The position numbers were made by a program, and so were the translations under genes. A DNA stretch of 64,000 nt from a virus (Duplodnaviria; Caudoviricetes), in IMG/VR virus record IMGVR_UViG_3300037589_000163, positions 1 to 64,000 of that record; one strand, 5' to 3'. The stretch's first letter is position 1; every line of letters starts with the position of its first letter. The notes beneath the pieces are model-generated. The model did no database searches. It had not been told where the DNA came from and worked only from the letters and a program-made list of their open reading frames with translations. Positions 8,423 to 15,924 of this stretch are shown here, piece by piece.

Positions 8423-8567
8423 CTTCCGCCTCCACGAGTTTGACGATCTGTTTCCTGGTTTCATCCAGGACTTCTTTCGCCTGGATCGAGAGATCAGGGT
8501 TGGACAATTCCTTCTTGAGCTCTTCCGCGATTTCGCGAAGAGCAGTCATGACAATGTGTGTGCTCAT
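8415..8567 (-). CDS. 50-aa helical hypothetical protein MSTHIVMTALREIAEELKK...
   Basis: Manual translation; fills the gap in the operon. Confidence 0.45.
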   Translation of the reverse strand: MSTHIVMTALREIAEELKKELSNPDLSIQAKEVLDETRKQIVKLVEAEDG

Positions 8568-8579
8568 GGAAGAACCCTT

Positions 8580-8765
8580 TCAGTCTTCTGGAGGTAGAAC
8601 AGGTGTTTCGCGGAACTCAATGACCCGGGTGGTGCCGTCTTCCAGGACTTCGTATTCGCACTCGTAAAGAATGCTTTCCTCCACCACGTCGACAGAGACG
8701 TACCGCGGCGGCTCTGTTTCATCGGTGGTGAGTTTGGTGATGAATTTTTTGGACCGAGGGGTCAC
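8580..8765 (-). CDS. Hypothetical protein
   Basis: 61 aa, ATGA overlap with the upstream gene. Confidence 0.5.
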   Translation of the reverse strand: MTPRSKKFITKLTTDETEPPRYVSVDVVEESILYECEYEVLEDGTTRVIEFRETPVLPPED

Positions 8766-8947
8766 TTCTGGTCCTCCATGCGGTCGATCTCTTCGATATT
8801 GACCGAGATGCGGAGTTTACAGGCGTGACAAGTCACGCTCAGTTGATGACCAGGCTCATTTCCCTTGAAGATCGAATAGGTTTCCCCACAAGGACAGAAC
8901 AGAGCTGTGACGTCGCTTACCTTTACGATCTTGGCTTCAAAGCTCAT
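8762..8947 (-). CDS. Small zinc-ribbon-like protein
   Basis: CPCG...CHAC. Confidence 0.5.
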   Translation of the reverse strand: MSFEAKIVKVSDVTALFCPCGETYSIFKGNEPGHQLSVTCHACKLRISVNIEEIDRMEDQK

Positions 8948-8967
8948 GGAAACTTTCCTTGGTTGAG

Positions 8968-8997
8968 AAAAACCCCGACTCTTTGAGAGCCGGGGTT
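8968..8997 (-). terminator. Intrinsic terminator
   Basis: AACCCCGGCTC-TCAA-AGAGTCGGGGTT-TTT on the minus strand. Confidence 0.6.
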
Positions 8998-9004
8998 CGT
9001 TTGG

Positions 9005-9226
9005 TCAGTCGTTCGAGTTGAATTTGCTGTTTATCCGTTCCGCAGCACGATGAGCCTTCTGCTCGGTTTCGTAGCTTTTTGTCGAAACGAATGACTGACG
9101 CCCCCCTATTTCCAGGAGGACGCGGTGTTTCTTGACGGTGCGTGGTATTCTGCTTTCGCCGAATAAACCGGCACGGTTTGTGACGTGTTCCCACTGGAAT
9201 ATGGCCCGGGCCGTGATCTTGTTCAT
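9005..9226 (-). CDS. Hypothetical protein
   Basis: Likely start MNKITARA, 73 aa. Confidence 0.5.
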   Translation of the reverse strand: MNKITARAIFQWEHVTNRAGLFGESRIPRTVKKHRVLLEIGGRQSFVSTKSYETEQKAHRAAERINSKFNSND

Positions 9227-9230
9227 ATGA

Positions 9231-9368
9231 TCACTTCCACCAGGTGATGACGACCGGACCGATGAAGAGTTGGAACTCATATGTGCGGCCGCGATAGTCT
9301 TTCTGGCGGTAATAACCGAAGGCCCAGATGGACCAGAAAAGCCTGGTTTTCTTGTAATTGAATGCCAT
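9231..9368 (-). CDS. 45-aa aromatic-rich hypothetical protein MAFNYKKTRLFWSIWAFGYY...
   Basis: Manual translation; fills the gap between NADAR and the next gene. Confidence 0.4.
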   Translation of the reverse strand: MAFNYKKTRLFWSIWAFGYYRQKDYRGRTYEFQLFIGPVVITWWK

Positions 9369-9372
9369 GCGA

Positions 9373-9813
9373 TCAGTCCTTCAAAAGTTCATGGAGGGTT
9401 GCGTGATGTTTGCGGAGATTCATCAGGATCTTCCCGAGATGGTTCTCTCCGACGCCCTTGCAGACGCCCCAGTAGGTATCGCCCCAAGTGTTTCCTTCGA
9501 TGAGCTCGGCGTCGCCGGTGTCGATGAGACGCTTGACCAGCATCGGGTGACTGTTGAACTTCAGTGCGACGATTGCGTACATGACCGGCTGACGCATCTC
9601 CTCCCAGTCAGGCCGGATGTTGATGGTCTTGCCCATCCGCTTTGCCGCGCCGGGAGTCATGCACTTGCTGATTTTCTCCCAGTCTTCTGGATCCGGACTT
9701 TTCATTGCCTGGTACAGATGCTCGGACGTTAACCAGGTGTGGTTGCCGTATTCGATCTGGGCGTAGAAAAAGTTGGAGAGGAACTTGTAGTCGCCGGTGA
9801 AGCTGGTGATCAT
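9373..9813 (-). CDS. NADAR (YbiA-like) family hydrolase
   Basis: FLSNFF, SEHLYQAMK, PGAAKRMGK, LIDTGDAELIEGNTWGDTYWG, GENHLGKILM motifs. Confidence 0.9.
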   Translation of the reverse strand: MITSFTGDYKFLSNFFYAQIEYGNHTWLTSEHLYQAMKSPDPEDWEKISKCMTPGAAKRMGKTINIRPDWEEMRQPVMYAIVALKFNSHPMLVKRLIDTGDAELIEGNTWGDTYWGVCKGVGENHLGKILMNLRKHHATLHELLKD

Positions 9814-9814
9814 T

Positions 9815-10180
9815 TCATTCTCCTTTGGTGGGATGGGTTATGCTGACGGGAGGATCGGTGAGTCTTTTGTTGACCGCGTTGATGACCTGGCAGATAGCCT
9901 CGTATTGAGCCCGCATGATTGAGAACTGGACTTCCTTGCGGCGCTTGAAGCTTATCCAGGCGTGTTCAGGGTCTCTGTGGGCCCAACGTTTTCTGGCGCT
10001 GTCGTTGATGAAGCGTTTCTGGTGGTTAAGGTGATCCCATATCCAGGCGCCGGCCGGAGTTCTTTTGAGGACACGGAACTCGTCGAAAGTGATCGTGACA
10101 TGAGGAAGCTTTTCAGGATCACTGCCGATGTGTGTTCGGTACCGATAGCGGTAATAGACCTCCTGCTTTTCAGGTTTCAT
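9815..10180 (-). CDS. Hypothetical protein
   Basis: Likely start MKPEKQ; RTPAGAWI motif seen in phage early proteins. Confidence 0.5.
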   Translation of the reverse strand: MKPEKQEVYYRYRYRTHIGSDPEKLPHVTITFDEFRVLKRTPAGAWIWDHLNHQKRFINDSARKRWAHRDPEHAWISFKRRKEVQFSIMRAQYEAICQVINAVNKRLTDPPVSITHPTKGE

Positions 10181-10542
10181 TTTGCTATCCTCTCCACTGT
10201 GTAGGAGACGACCTTCTGACCTGGTTTGTTGGTCTGGAACATGAAGACGGAGTTCAACCGGGCCCATATTTCAGCGTCTTTCTTCTCCAGGAAAGTTTTG
10301 CCGACGACGATCTTTCTCTGGCTCGGGCGAACGTTCTTCATCAAGACGAAGAAGTGCTTCTGCTTGCGGTCCAGGGACTCACGGATCTTTTTGTGTTCGC
10401 GGCACCAGTTGGAGCCCTCAAGCACCAGTCCGTGACAACGATCGTATTCATTATCACTGCGTGGAGACTGGACCACGGCATGACAAAGAGGACCGTTCTC
10501 TGGTTCAAAGAGACCTCTTCTTGATCGATTTCTCTTGCCCAT
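10177..10542 (-). CDS. Hypothetical protein
   Basis: 121 aa, co-oriented, Cys-containing segment. Confidence 0.5.
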   Translation of the reverse strand: MGKRNRSRRGLFEPENGPLCHAVVQSPRSDNEYDRCHGLVLEGSNWCREHKKIRESLDRKQKHFFVLMKNVRPSQRKIVVGKTFLEKKDAEIWARLNSVFMFQTNKPGQKVVSYTVERIAK

Positions 10543-10619
10543 AGCTTTTAGGCGCTCCTTCGCCGATTTGGTCGAAAAGTCGGATTTGGTATTTAGAAAG
10601 TTGGATTGGGAGTCGAACT

Positions 10620-10690
10620 GAATTCTACTTTTTCACATTATAATAGAGATAATCTTTCAATATATTTTTAAGATAATGACTATTTGATTA
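10620..10690 (-). promoter_or_regulatory. AT-rich intergenic segment, probable promoter/operator
   Basis: Very AT-rich, two GATAAT hexamers (10648, 10672), upstream of a leftward gene block. Confidence 0.4.
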
Positions 10691-11086
10691 TTTAGATTTG
10701 ATGCCGAAAACAGGTATGTCGTTGAGCATAGCTCTTCTGGCCATGTCGTCGGTTCCACGGCCACCAGGAAAAGCAAAAACGAAGTTGGGTTTCCCGATGT
10801 CAATCATATGTTGATTGCGGTGGAAGCCGGCCAGTACATCAAACTTGGTCCCATCAAACCTGGTTCTGACGACAGCACCTGGCCGATCGATGTCGTACCA
10901 AAGAGCTGGGAAAGCTTGTTCAGGGATACCACGACTATCGGCCCATTCTTTTGCGAGCAAATCAGCTCCGCGGGCACCGCCATGAATGATCGATGTGATC
11001 CCCAGTTTAACGACTGCGAGGTCCATGATTTCATGCAAGAGTTTGTGGTCTTTGAAATCGCGACCACCACAGACGAGAGCTCTCAT
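10688..11086 (-). CDS. SLOG-superfamily protein (DUF2493/YspA-like)
   Basis: LVCGGRDF, IIHGGARGAD, RNQHM, AFPGGRGT motifs. Confidence 0.85.
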   Translation of the reverse strand: MRALVCGGRDFKDHKLLHEIMDLAVVKLGITSIIHGGARGADLLAKEWADSRGIPEQAFPALWYDIDRPGAVVRTRFDGTKFDVLAGFHRNQHMIDIGKPNFVFAFPGGRGTDDMARRAMLNDIPVFGIKSK

Positions 11087-11114
11087 TTTGGTCCCCAGAC
11101 TATCGGTTGATATT

Positions 11115-11150
11115 AAAAAAAGGGGACATCTCCGTTCTGGAGACGTCCCC
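11115..11150 (-). terminator. Intrinsic terminator
   Basis: GGGGACGTCTCC-AGAAC-GGAGATGTCCCC-T7 on the minus strand. Confidence 0.8.
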
Positions 11151-11470
11151 TAATGCTGGCGTAACCTGGCAGCAGCAGGAATCCCCTTCTCGTTGGGATC
11201 AGTACGCAAGTTCAAGTCTTTGAAGACCCGCTTTCAGCGAATGATTTGACCGCAATGCTCGTAGGAAGTTTTAATGAGCAAGGCGTGTCGGCATTTTGTG
11301 GATGCGTGACATGAGATGTGGTCACTATATGTAAGCGTCGTTCATCTTATTAAAACAAGGTGTATCGCTAACGCATTGGGCTTGGCTCCAGTTTGGTTGA
11401 CGCGATTGAGCGGGAACATCCGACAAGGGGACCGAATCCTTGCCGGACACAGACTCTCTTTCGAGAGACG
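11115..11470 (-). ncRNA. Candidate structured non-coding RNA (~350 nt), family unknown
   Basis: No credible ORF; about ten helices; G-U wobbles favour the minus strand; bounded by two terminators. Confidence 0.4.
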
Positions 11471-11500
11471 AAAAGGGGAACCTGGTTTCCCAGGTTCCCC
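11471..11500 (-). terminator. Intrinsic terminator after the gp2-like gene
   Basis: GGGGAACCTGG-GAAA-CCAGGTTCCCC-TTTT. Confidence 0.8.
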
Positions 11501-11522
11501 ATGAGGTGTGGTGTGGTGCCGA

Positions 11523-11957
11523 TTACTCGGCGGCTTCAGGCACCTTCGGCAAAGCGAGCAGCTTGCTGAGGTCGGTGGAGAACTCGTTGGTCTCCGGATC
11601 GACGGCCAGCTCCTCGTTGACCCGGCGAATGCGGATCTTGAGGTTCAGCTCTTCTTCACGGCCGGGATCGAAGTTGGCGCCCATTTCCTGGAGTGCTTCC
11701 AGCAGCTGGTTCTGAGCGATCCGCTGCTTGACCCATTCTTCGTTCTGGCCGCGGACGTCGAGCTTGTCCATGGTGTCGACCGGAATGCCGAAAGGCAGCG
11801 AGATGAAGCGTGCGTTTTCGCCTTCACCGGCTTCGTAGCCGACGTTGATCCAGATCTTGGCCTTCGGCTTGTTGGTGGGATTGGCCAGGCCGGCGAAAGG
11901 GGTGCTCGAGTTGTTGCTGTTCGAGGTGGTGTTGTTTCCGAAATTGATAACGCCCAT
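11523..11957 (-). CDS. N4 gp2-like ssDNA-binding activator of RNAPII
   Basis: Start MGVINFG with AAAGGAG RBS; KPKAKIWINVGY, RFISLPFGIPVD and PGREEELNLKIRIRRVN resemble N4 gp2 homologues. Confidence 0.8.
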   Translation of the reverse strand: MGVINFGNNTTSNSNNSSTPFAGLANPTNKPKAKIWINVGYEAGEGENARFISLPFGIPVDTMDKLDVRGQNEEWVKQRIAQNQLLEALQEMGANFDPGREEELNLKIRIRRVNEELAVDPETNEFSTDLSKLLALPKVPEAAE

Positions 11958-12007
11958 TGTGGTAGCTCCTTTGGTTGGGTGTTCTGGTAGTGTCATGGGT
12001 ATGCTCT

Positions 12008-12027
12008 TCCTGAACGGGCGAAGCCCG
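12008..12027 (-). promoter_or_regulatory. N4 vRNAP-type hairpin promoter
   Basis: Template (+) strand TCC-TGAA-CGGGC-GAA-GCCCG has the same layout as N4 P2 (TCC-AAAA-GAAGC-GGA-GCTTC); directly upstream of gp2. Confidence 0.75.
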
Positions 12028-12067
12028 AACCGAAAAAAGCAATTTGATTTGAGGTGGTTAGAGAGGG

Positions 12068-12463
12068 TTAAACCTCTTTAGGCTCAAACCAGTTGATCTC
12101 GCCGGTCTCGGCGAAATGACGGAGCGTGCGAACGCTCATGTCCTTGGTGATGTGGCGGTTCTCCGGGGCTGTATATCCACCACGGAAAAGCTCCTGACGG
12201 ATGGAACCGTCTTTGTCGTTGGTGCCGAAGAAATCAAGGGCATCATTGATAAGGTTGTTTTCGCCGTTCCAGCACTGACCGTTGTTCATGAGGACTTTCG
12301 GACGGCCTTGTTGTTCCCATGCGGCCCAACCCGCGATACATGAAGGTGTACCACAGGCATGAGCGACACGGATTATGCTGAATTTCCTTTCAGGCTGCTT
12401 CTCGATGAGATCGGCCAGCTTCAGGACGTTCTCCTTGTTGCAGGTTCGGGTATTGTTTTTCAT
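12068..12463 (-). CDS. Hypothetical early protein
   Basis: 131 aa, CGTPSCIAGWA motif. Confidence 0.6.
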   Translation of the reverse strand: MKNNTRTCNKENVLKLADLIEKQPERKFSIIRVAHACGTPSCIAGWAAWEQQGRPKVLMNNGQCWNGENNLINDALDFFGTNDKDGSIRQELFRGGYTAPENRHITKDMSVRTLRHFAETGEINWFEPKEV

Positions 12464-12466
12464 GGT

Positions 12467-12592
12467 TCAGCATCCTTCCTGACAGACAAGATCAACGTGA
12501 TCCTGGCGGTACGAGTAGATTGTGATGAGCGACATCCCGAGCAACAGGATGAGCGCAGCAGCGAGGATGTTCTCGGCTGTTTTAGTGGACAT
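12467..12592 (-). CDS. 41-aa single-TM protein
   Basis: MSTKTAENILAAALILLLGMSLITIYSY... Confidence 0.45.
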   Translation of the reverse strand: MSTKTAENILAAALILLLGMSLITIYSYRQDHVDLVCQEGC

Positions 12593-12710
12593 TCTGGGCT
12601 CCCTGGATGTGGATGATGCCGTTCTCCTGCCAGTTGTGGGACAGGAGTGCAGCGGCAAAGATAGCGCTGACCAGCAGCGCTGTTGTGAGTTGGATGGCAC
12701 GCTCAAGCAT
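12582..12710 (-). CDS. 42-aa single-TM protein
   Basis: MLERAIQLTTALLVSAIFAAALLSH... Confidence 0.45.
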   Translation of the reverse strand: MLERAIQLTTALLVSAIFAAALLSHNWQENGIIHIQGAQNVH

Positions 12711-12954
12711 GGTCGAATGCCTTGCTGATATCCCGGATGACGTCGTCGATTTCGAACTGGTCGAAGTCTTCGTCGATCGGGGAAATGAACTGGGATTTGG
12801 TATCCGGAACGAGCGTGAGATTGGTCTTTCTCGAGCTGGTCTTGCTCTCTTTGAAGGAGAGCATATCGTAGGTCTGGCGAACGGATTTCGTGGACATGAT
12901 TGACTCCAAGACATGGAGTATCGCTACCAGAACAGACGTCCGGTTGATCTCCAT
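12703..12954 (-). CDS. Hypothetical early protein
   Basis: 83 aa, co-oriented. Confidence 0.5.
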   Translation of the reverse strand: MEINRTSVLVAILHVLESIMSTKSVRQTYDMLSFKESKTSSRKTNLTLVPDTKSQFISPIDEDFDQFEIDDVIRDISKAFDHA

Positions 12955-12998
12955 TATGTTGTGGGGATTATTGGGATTATCTGATCTGGATTAGTAGA

Positions 12999-13220
12999 TC
13001 AGATGAGGTCTTCCATACCTCGAGAGAGGCGATGGTCTAAGGGAACGAGCTCGTACCAGGTACCGCTGTCGTCGATGACACCGCAGCTGAAGCCATTCAT
13101 CCAGTCACAGAACTGTTGAGCTTTTTCGAGTTCATCTTCAGGAACATAACCAAGCACAAGACGATCAGCGATGTGATCTCTGTTCATGTTGTCCTTGCCG
13201 ATGATTTTCATTGCAGGCAT
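12999..13220 (-). CDS. Hypothetical early protein
   Basis: 73 aa, co-oriented. Confidence 0.55.
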   Translation of the reverse strand: MPAMKIIGKDNMNRDHIADRLVLGYVPEDELEKAQQFCDWMNGFSCGVIDDSGTWYELVPLDHRLSRGMEDLI

Positions 13221-13280
13221 GGGTTTGATCCTTGTGGTGATTATCTAGATAATTTGAATATACTATCTAGAAAATAGGGT

Positions 13281-13304
13281 GATCCCGGTCCGAAGACCGA
13301 GATC
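13281..13304 (-). terminator. C(UUCG)G hairpin after the gp1-like gene, probable terminator or processing site
   Basis: GATCTCGGTC-TTCG-GACCGGGATC on the minus strand. Confidence 0.5.
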
Positions 13305-13313
13305 TGGTTGGTG

Positions 13314-13649
13314 TTAGGACTGTGTTTCGGCGAAGAGGGACTGGTAGTCAGTGACCAGTTCGTTGAACTTTGAAGCACGATCAGGCTGAGACTGGTATTC
13401 CCGACGGTATTCTTCGTGGATGCGCTCCTGATTGCGAGCTGCTTCCATGATGAGGTTGTCACGCCATGTGTGGTCTTCGACCTTGTGAGCGATGATCTGG
13501 TTGTTCTTGGCACGCTGTACGAAGCGGTCGAGCATGTCGACGGATGATGCTGCTGTGTCGATGATCTTGGCTGCTGATTCAGCTGTGGACTGGACAGTGC
13601 CGAGGAGTGCGACGATGGTGTTGGATGTGGTGGATGTGACGTTTGCCAT
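13314..13649 (-). CDS. N4 gp1-like first early protein
   Basis: 111 aa, Thr/Ala-rich N-terminus, first gene next to the end junction, strong RBS. Confidence 0.65.
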   Translation of the reverse strand: MANVTSTTSNTIVALLGTVQSTAESAAKIIDTAASSVDMLDRFVQRAKNNQIIAHKVEDHTWRDNLIMEAARNQERIHEEYRREYQSQPDRASKFNELVTDYQSLFAETQS

Positions 13650-13698
13650 TTTGGTTTTCTCCTGTTGAGAGGTGAGTGATGATCATGTGATCAGGCGA

Positions 13699-13719
13699 TC
13701 CAGAAAGGGCGTAAGCCCT
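13699..13719 (-). promoter_or_regulatory. vRNAP-type hairpin promoter variant (4-nt loop)
   Basis: TCC-AGAA-AGGGC-GTAA-GCCCT upstream of gp1. Confidence 0.6.
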
Positions 13720-14290
13720 GTGTGACTGGGACAACAGGAAGTGAGGCGAGTGCTGAGCTGTGAAGAGGTGGGGTAGGGTGTGAAAGAGATGTGAGAAGAC
13801 ACCGGGGGGGGGTATTTTCTTTTATCGAGATGCCCCGGTGTGAATAGTACCGAGCAGAACTATTATGAGATTACCCACACCCGAAAAAATCTGATAATAT
13901 TATCTCTATAATGTTCTCTTAAAAATATATAATAATTATATATATAATGATTATCAAAACATTGTGTATTATTATCTATAAATATTATCTTTAATAATGA
14001 GGTTTTGTCTCCCCCTTAATGGTATGGGAGTTTGCCCCTGTAAACGACAATATCTCCCCCGCTTCTCTTTCTCTAGTATTTGAGAGGAGAAGGGTAGGCC
14101 TGGGGGGCAAAACAGATAGGGATGGGGGGAAGCTACTCCACAGGGAGGGATCTTGTCTATCCCCGTCGGATCCTTTTGAAGGCCCGAAACTCTTGTCTAT
14201 CTCCAGCGAAGCCCAAAAGCCCAGGGAAAGCCTGGGTTGTTGGAGAGATAGGGGCCAGAAAAAAATATCAGGAATTGCTCAGGAAAAACT
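13720..14290. other. Probable virion genome-end/terminal-repeat junction
   Basis: Non-coding divergent region between gp1 and the terminase-side genes: G9 run (13804-13812), AT-rich core (13860-14000), short repeats (14114-14253). Confidence 0.55.
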
Positions 14291-14550
14291 CAGTGGAGGG
14301 TGGGTGAAACCATCTTGGGGAGCTCGATTGTGAAATATCCCTTCTCAGGGTTGCCACAGCAGACATAGGTAATCTCCTCTGTCTCGAGATCCTCGATCTC
14401 ATCTCCGAACCGGTCATAGGCCTCAATGATGGGAAGCATGGTGCCGTCGGTCATGACGACCTGCTCGGTGTTCAGATCGATGCCGAGGAATTCAAAAGGG
14501 AGGGGTTCGCTCTTGTCACCCGGGCCCCCGTTCATTCCTGGTTCCCCCAC
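14290..14550 (-). CDS. Hypothetical acidic protein
   Basis: 86 aa, GMNGGP motif near the N-terminus. Confidence 0.45.
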   Translation of the reverse strand: MGEPGMNGGPGDKSEPLPFEFLGIDLNTEQVVMTDGTMLPIIEAYDRFGDEIEDLETEEITYVCCGNPEKGYFTIELPKMVSPTLH

Positions 14551-14687
14551 AGGGAGAGCTCAACGGCACTTAGATAATGCTTGATAATGGTGCTTGAAAA
14601 TCTCACTTGATTATTCCTTCTAATGGTGATCTAAAACCTAAGTCCGATTTTTAGAAAATCGAAATCACATTAGCAAGGAAAATCATC

Positions 14688-14933
14688 ATGAATTTTGCAG
14701 ATGCAGTGAACAGCCTCCACGACGGGAAGACCGTCGCCAGGAAAGGCTGGAACGGGAAAGGCATGTGGCTGGTCAAGGCTGACCGTGGAACTTTCGAGAT
14801 TGACGGCAAGGTCGGCGGAAACCTGATCCCCTTCATCGTCATGAAGACCGCCGACAACAAGTTCGTTCCCTGGCTCGCTTCCCAGAGCGACGTCCTGTCG
14901 AATGACTGGGAAATCGTTGGGGAGGACTCCTGA
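14688..14933 (+). CDS. DUF2829 / Tad2-like protein (putative immune-signal sponge)
   Basis: MNFADAV...GKTVARKGWNGKGM...PWLASQSDVLSNDW matches the DUF2829 signature. Confidence 0.85.
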   Translation: MNFADAVNSLHDGKTVARKGWNGKGMWLVKADRGTFEIDGKVGGNLIPFIVMKTADNKFVPWLASQSDVLSNDWEIVGEDS

Positions 14934-15601
14934 TGGCCGTCCGCGTATTTGAAGAAGACCTGATCGCTCATGCGAAAGCCAGGAATGCCGTCCGAGTTAC
15001 CCTCCAGGATGTCGAGAACTCGATCGCCCACGAACGCTACTTCACCGCAGCCGAAGGTGCCTATGGCCGTGCAATCACGTCGAACGAATACCGTAAGCAG
15101 ATCCCGGCGGCCCTCAACTACCTGACCTTCTGTGTCCTGGTGATGAAGAACGGTTTCACGGTGACAGGTGAATCAGCCTGTGCCGATCCTCGCAGCTTCG
15201 ACCATAACATCGGCCAGGAGATTGCCCGCAAGAACGCGATCGGCAAGATCTGGATGCTGCTCGGTTTCCAGCTCCGCACCAAAATGTTCGATGAAGAGCA
15301 GCGTCTCGAGCAGATGGCCTTCCAGCCTTCCGGCGACATGGTCACCTATGTCGGCACGAAAGTCGTCAATGCGCGGCCGATGAATCGTCAGGCCTACAAT
15401 GACCTGCGTGGGTGGAAGCTTCCGGACGATGAAGACGGATCCGACGAGGGTTACCTGGTCGAATACACCGACCGCAAGGAAGTCCCTCCTCTTGTGCAGG
15501 GGTTCAAGGGATACATCTCCTGGTCTCCGAAAGAGGTCTTCGAGAACGCCTATGAACCGGTGGCCGGCGAGAGGAACGTTTATCAGGAGAGCCTCCTGTG
15601 A
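14933..15601 (+). CDS. Gp49 (Phage_gp49_66)-like domain fused to a GTK...GYLVEY...SWSPKEVFENAY domain
   Basis: LTFCVLVMKNGFTVTGESACADPRSFD...EIARKNA...IWMLLGFQL is Gp49-like; the second domain starts near MVTYVGTK. Confidence 0.75.
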   Translation: MAVRVFEEDLIAHAKARNAVRVTLQDVENSIAHERYFTAAEGAYGRAITSNEYRKQIPAALNYLTFCVLVMKNGFTVTGESACADPRSFDHNIGQEIARKNAIGKIWMLLGFQLRTKMFDEEQRLEQMAFQPSGDMVTYVGTKVVNARPMNRQAYNDLRGWKLPDDEDGSDEGYLVEYTDRKEVPPLVQGFKGYISWSPKEVFENAYEPVAGERNVYQESLL

Positions 15602-15924
15602 GCTTCCTCATTTTCCTCTTCGTGTTCGCCGTTCTGACCTTCTTCCAGAATGCAGTCTTCACCGCGGTATCCCGATCCAGGAACTCCGGCGATGTCTTCT
15701 ACCACTGGAAATGGTCGCTGCTGTCGAACAGCATCTGGTTCATCGCCCAGATCTTCATCATGAAAATGATCTGGGACGCGATCAATGACAGTTCCTACTG
15801 GAAGATCGCGGCCGCCGGCTGGGTGTACGTCATCACCACATCGAGCGGATCGGCGTGGATGATGTCCAGGATGCTGAAGAGCGAGCAGGGGAAGAGGCGG
15901 GTCGGGGCTGGTTTGCAGCCTTGA
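15598..15924 (+). CDS. Small multi-TM membrane protein
   Basis: 108 aa, GTG start overlapping the previous stop, about 3 hydrophobic segments. Confidence 0.6.
   Translation: MSFLIFLFVFAVLTFFQNAVFTAVSRSRNSGDVFYHWKWSLLSNSIWFIAQIFIMKMIWDAINDSSYWKIAAAGWVYVITTSSGSAWMMSRMLKSEQGKRRVGAGLQP

Noticed and set aside
11320-11335. ACAUAUAGUG resembling the group I intron S element
   Set aside because: No matching R/P7 partner and no interrupted gene
11316-11504. 62-aa plus-strand ORF in the ncRNA candidate
   Set aside because: Antisense to the operon, crosses a terminator, weak RBS
13281-13304. Hairpin as a third vRNAP promoter
   Set aside because: It reads as C(UUCG)G on the transcript strand after gp1, with no CC+4-nt spacer; better explained as an RNA hairpin
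14573-14670. Fur box or Irr ICE box
   Set aside because: Only half-sites; the spacing does not match the 19-bp Fur or TTTAGAA-N3-TTCTAAA consensus
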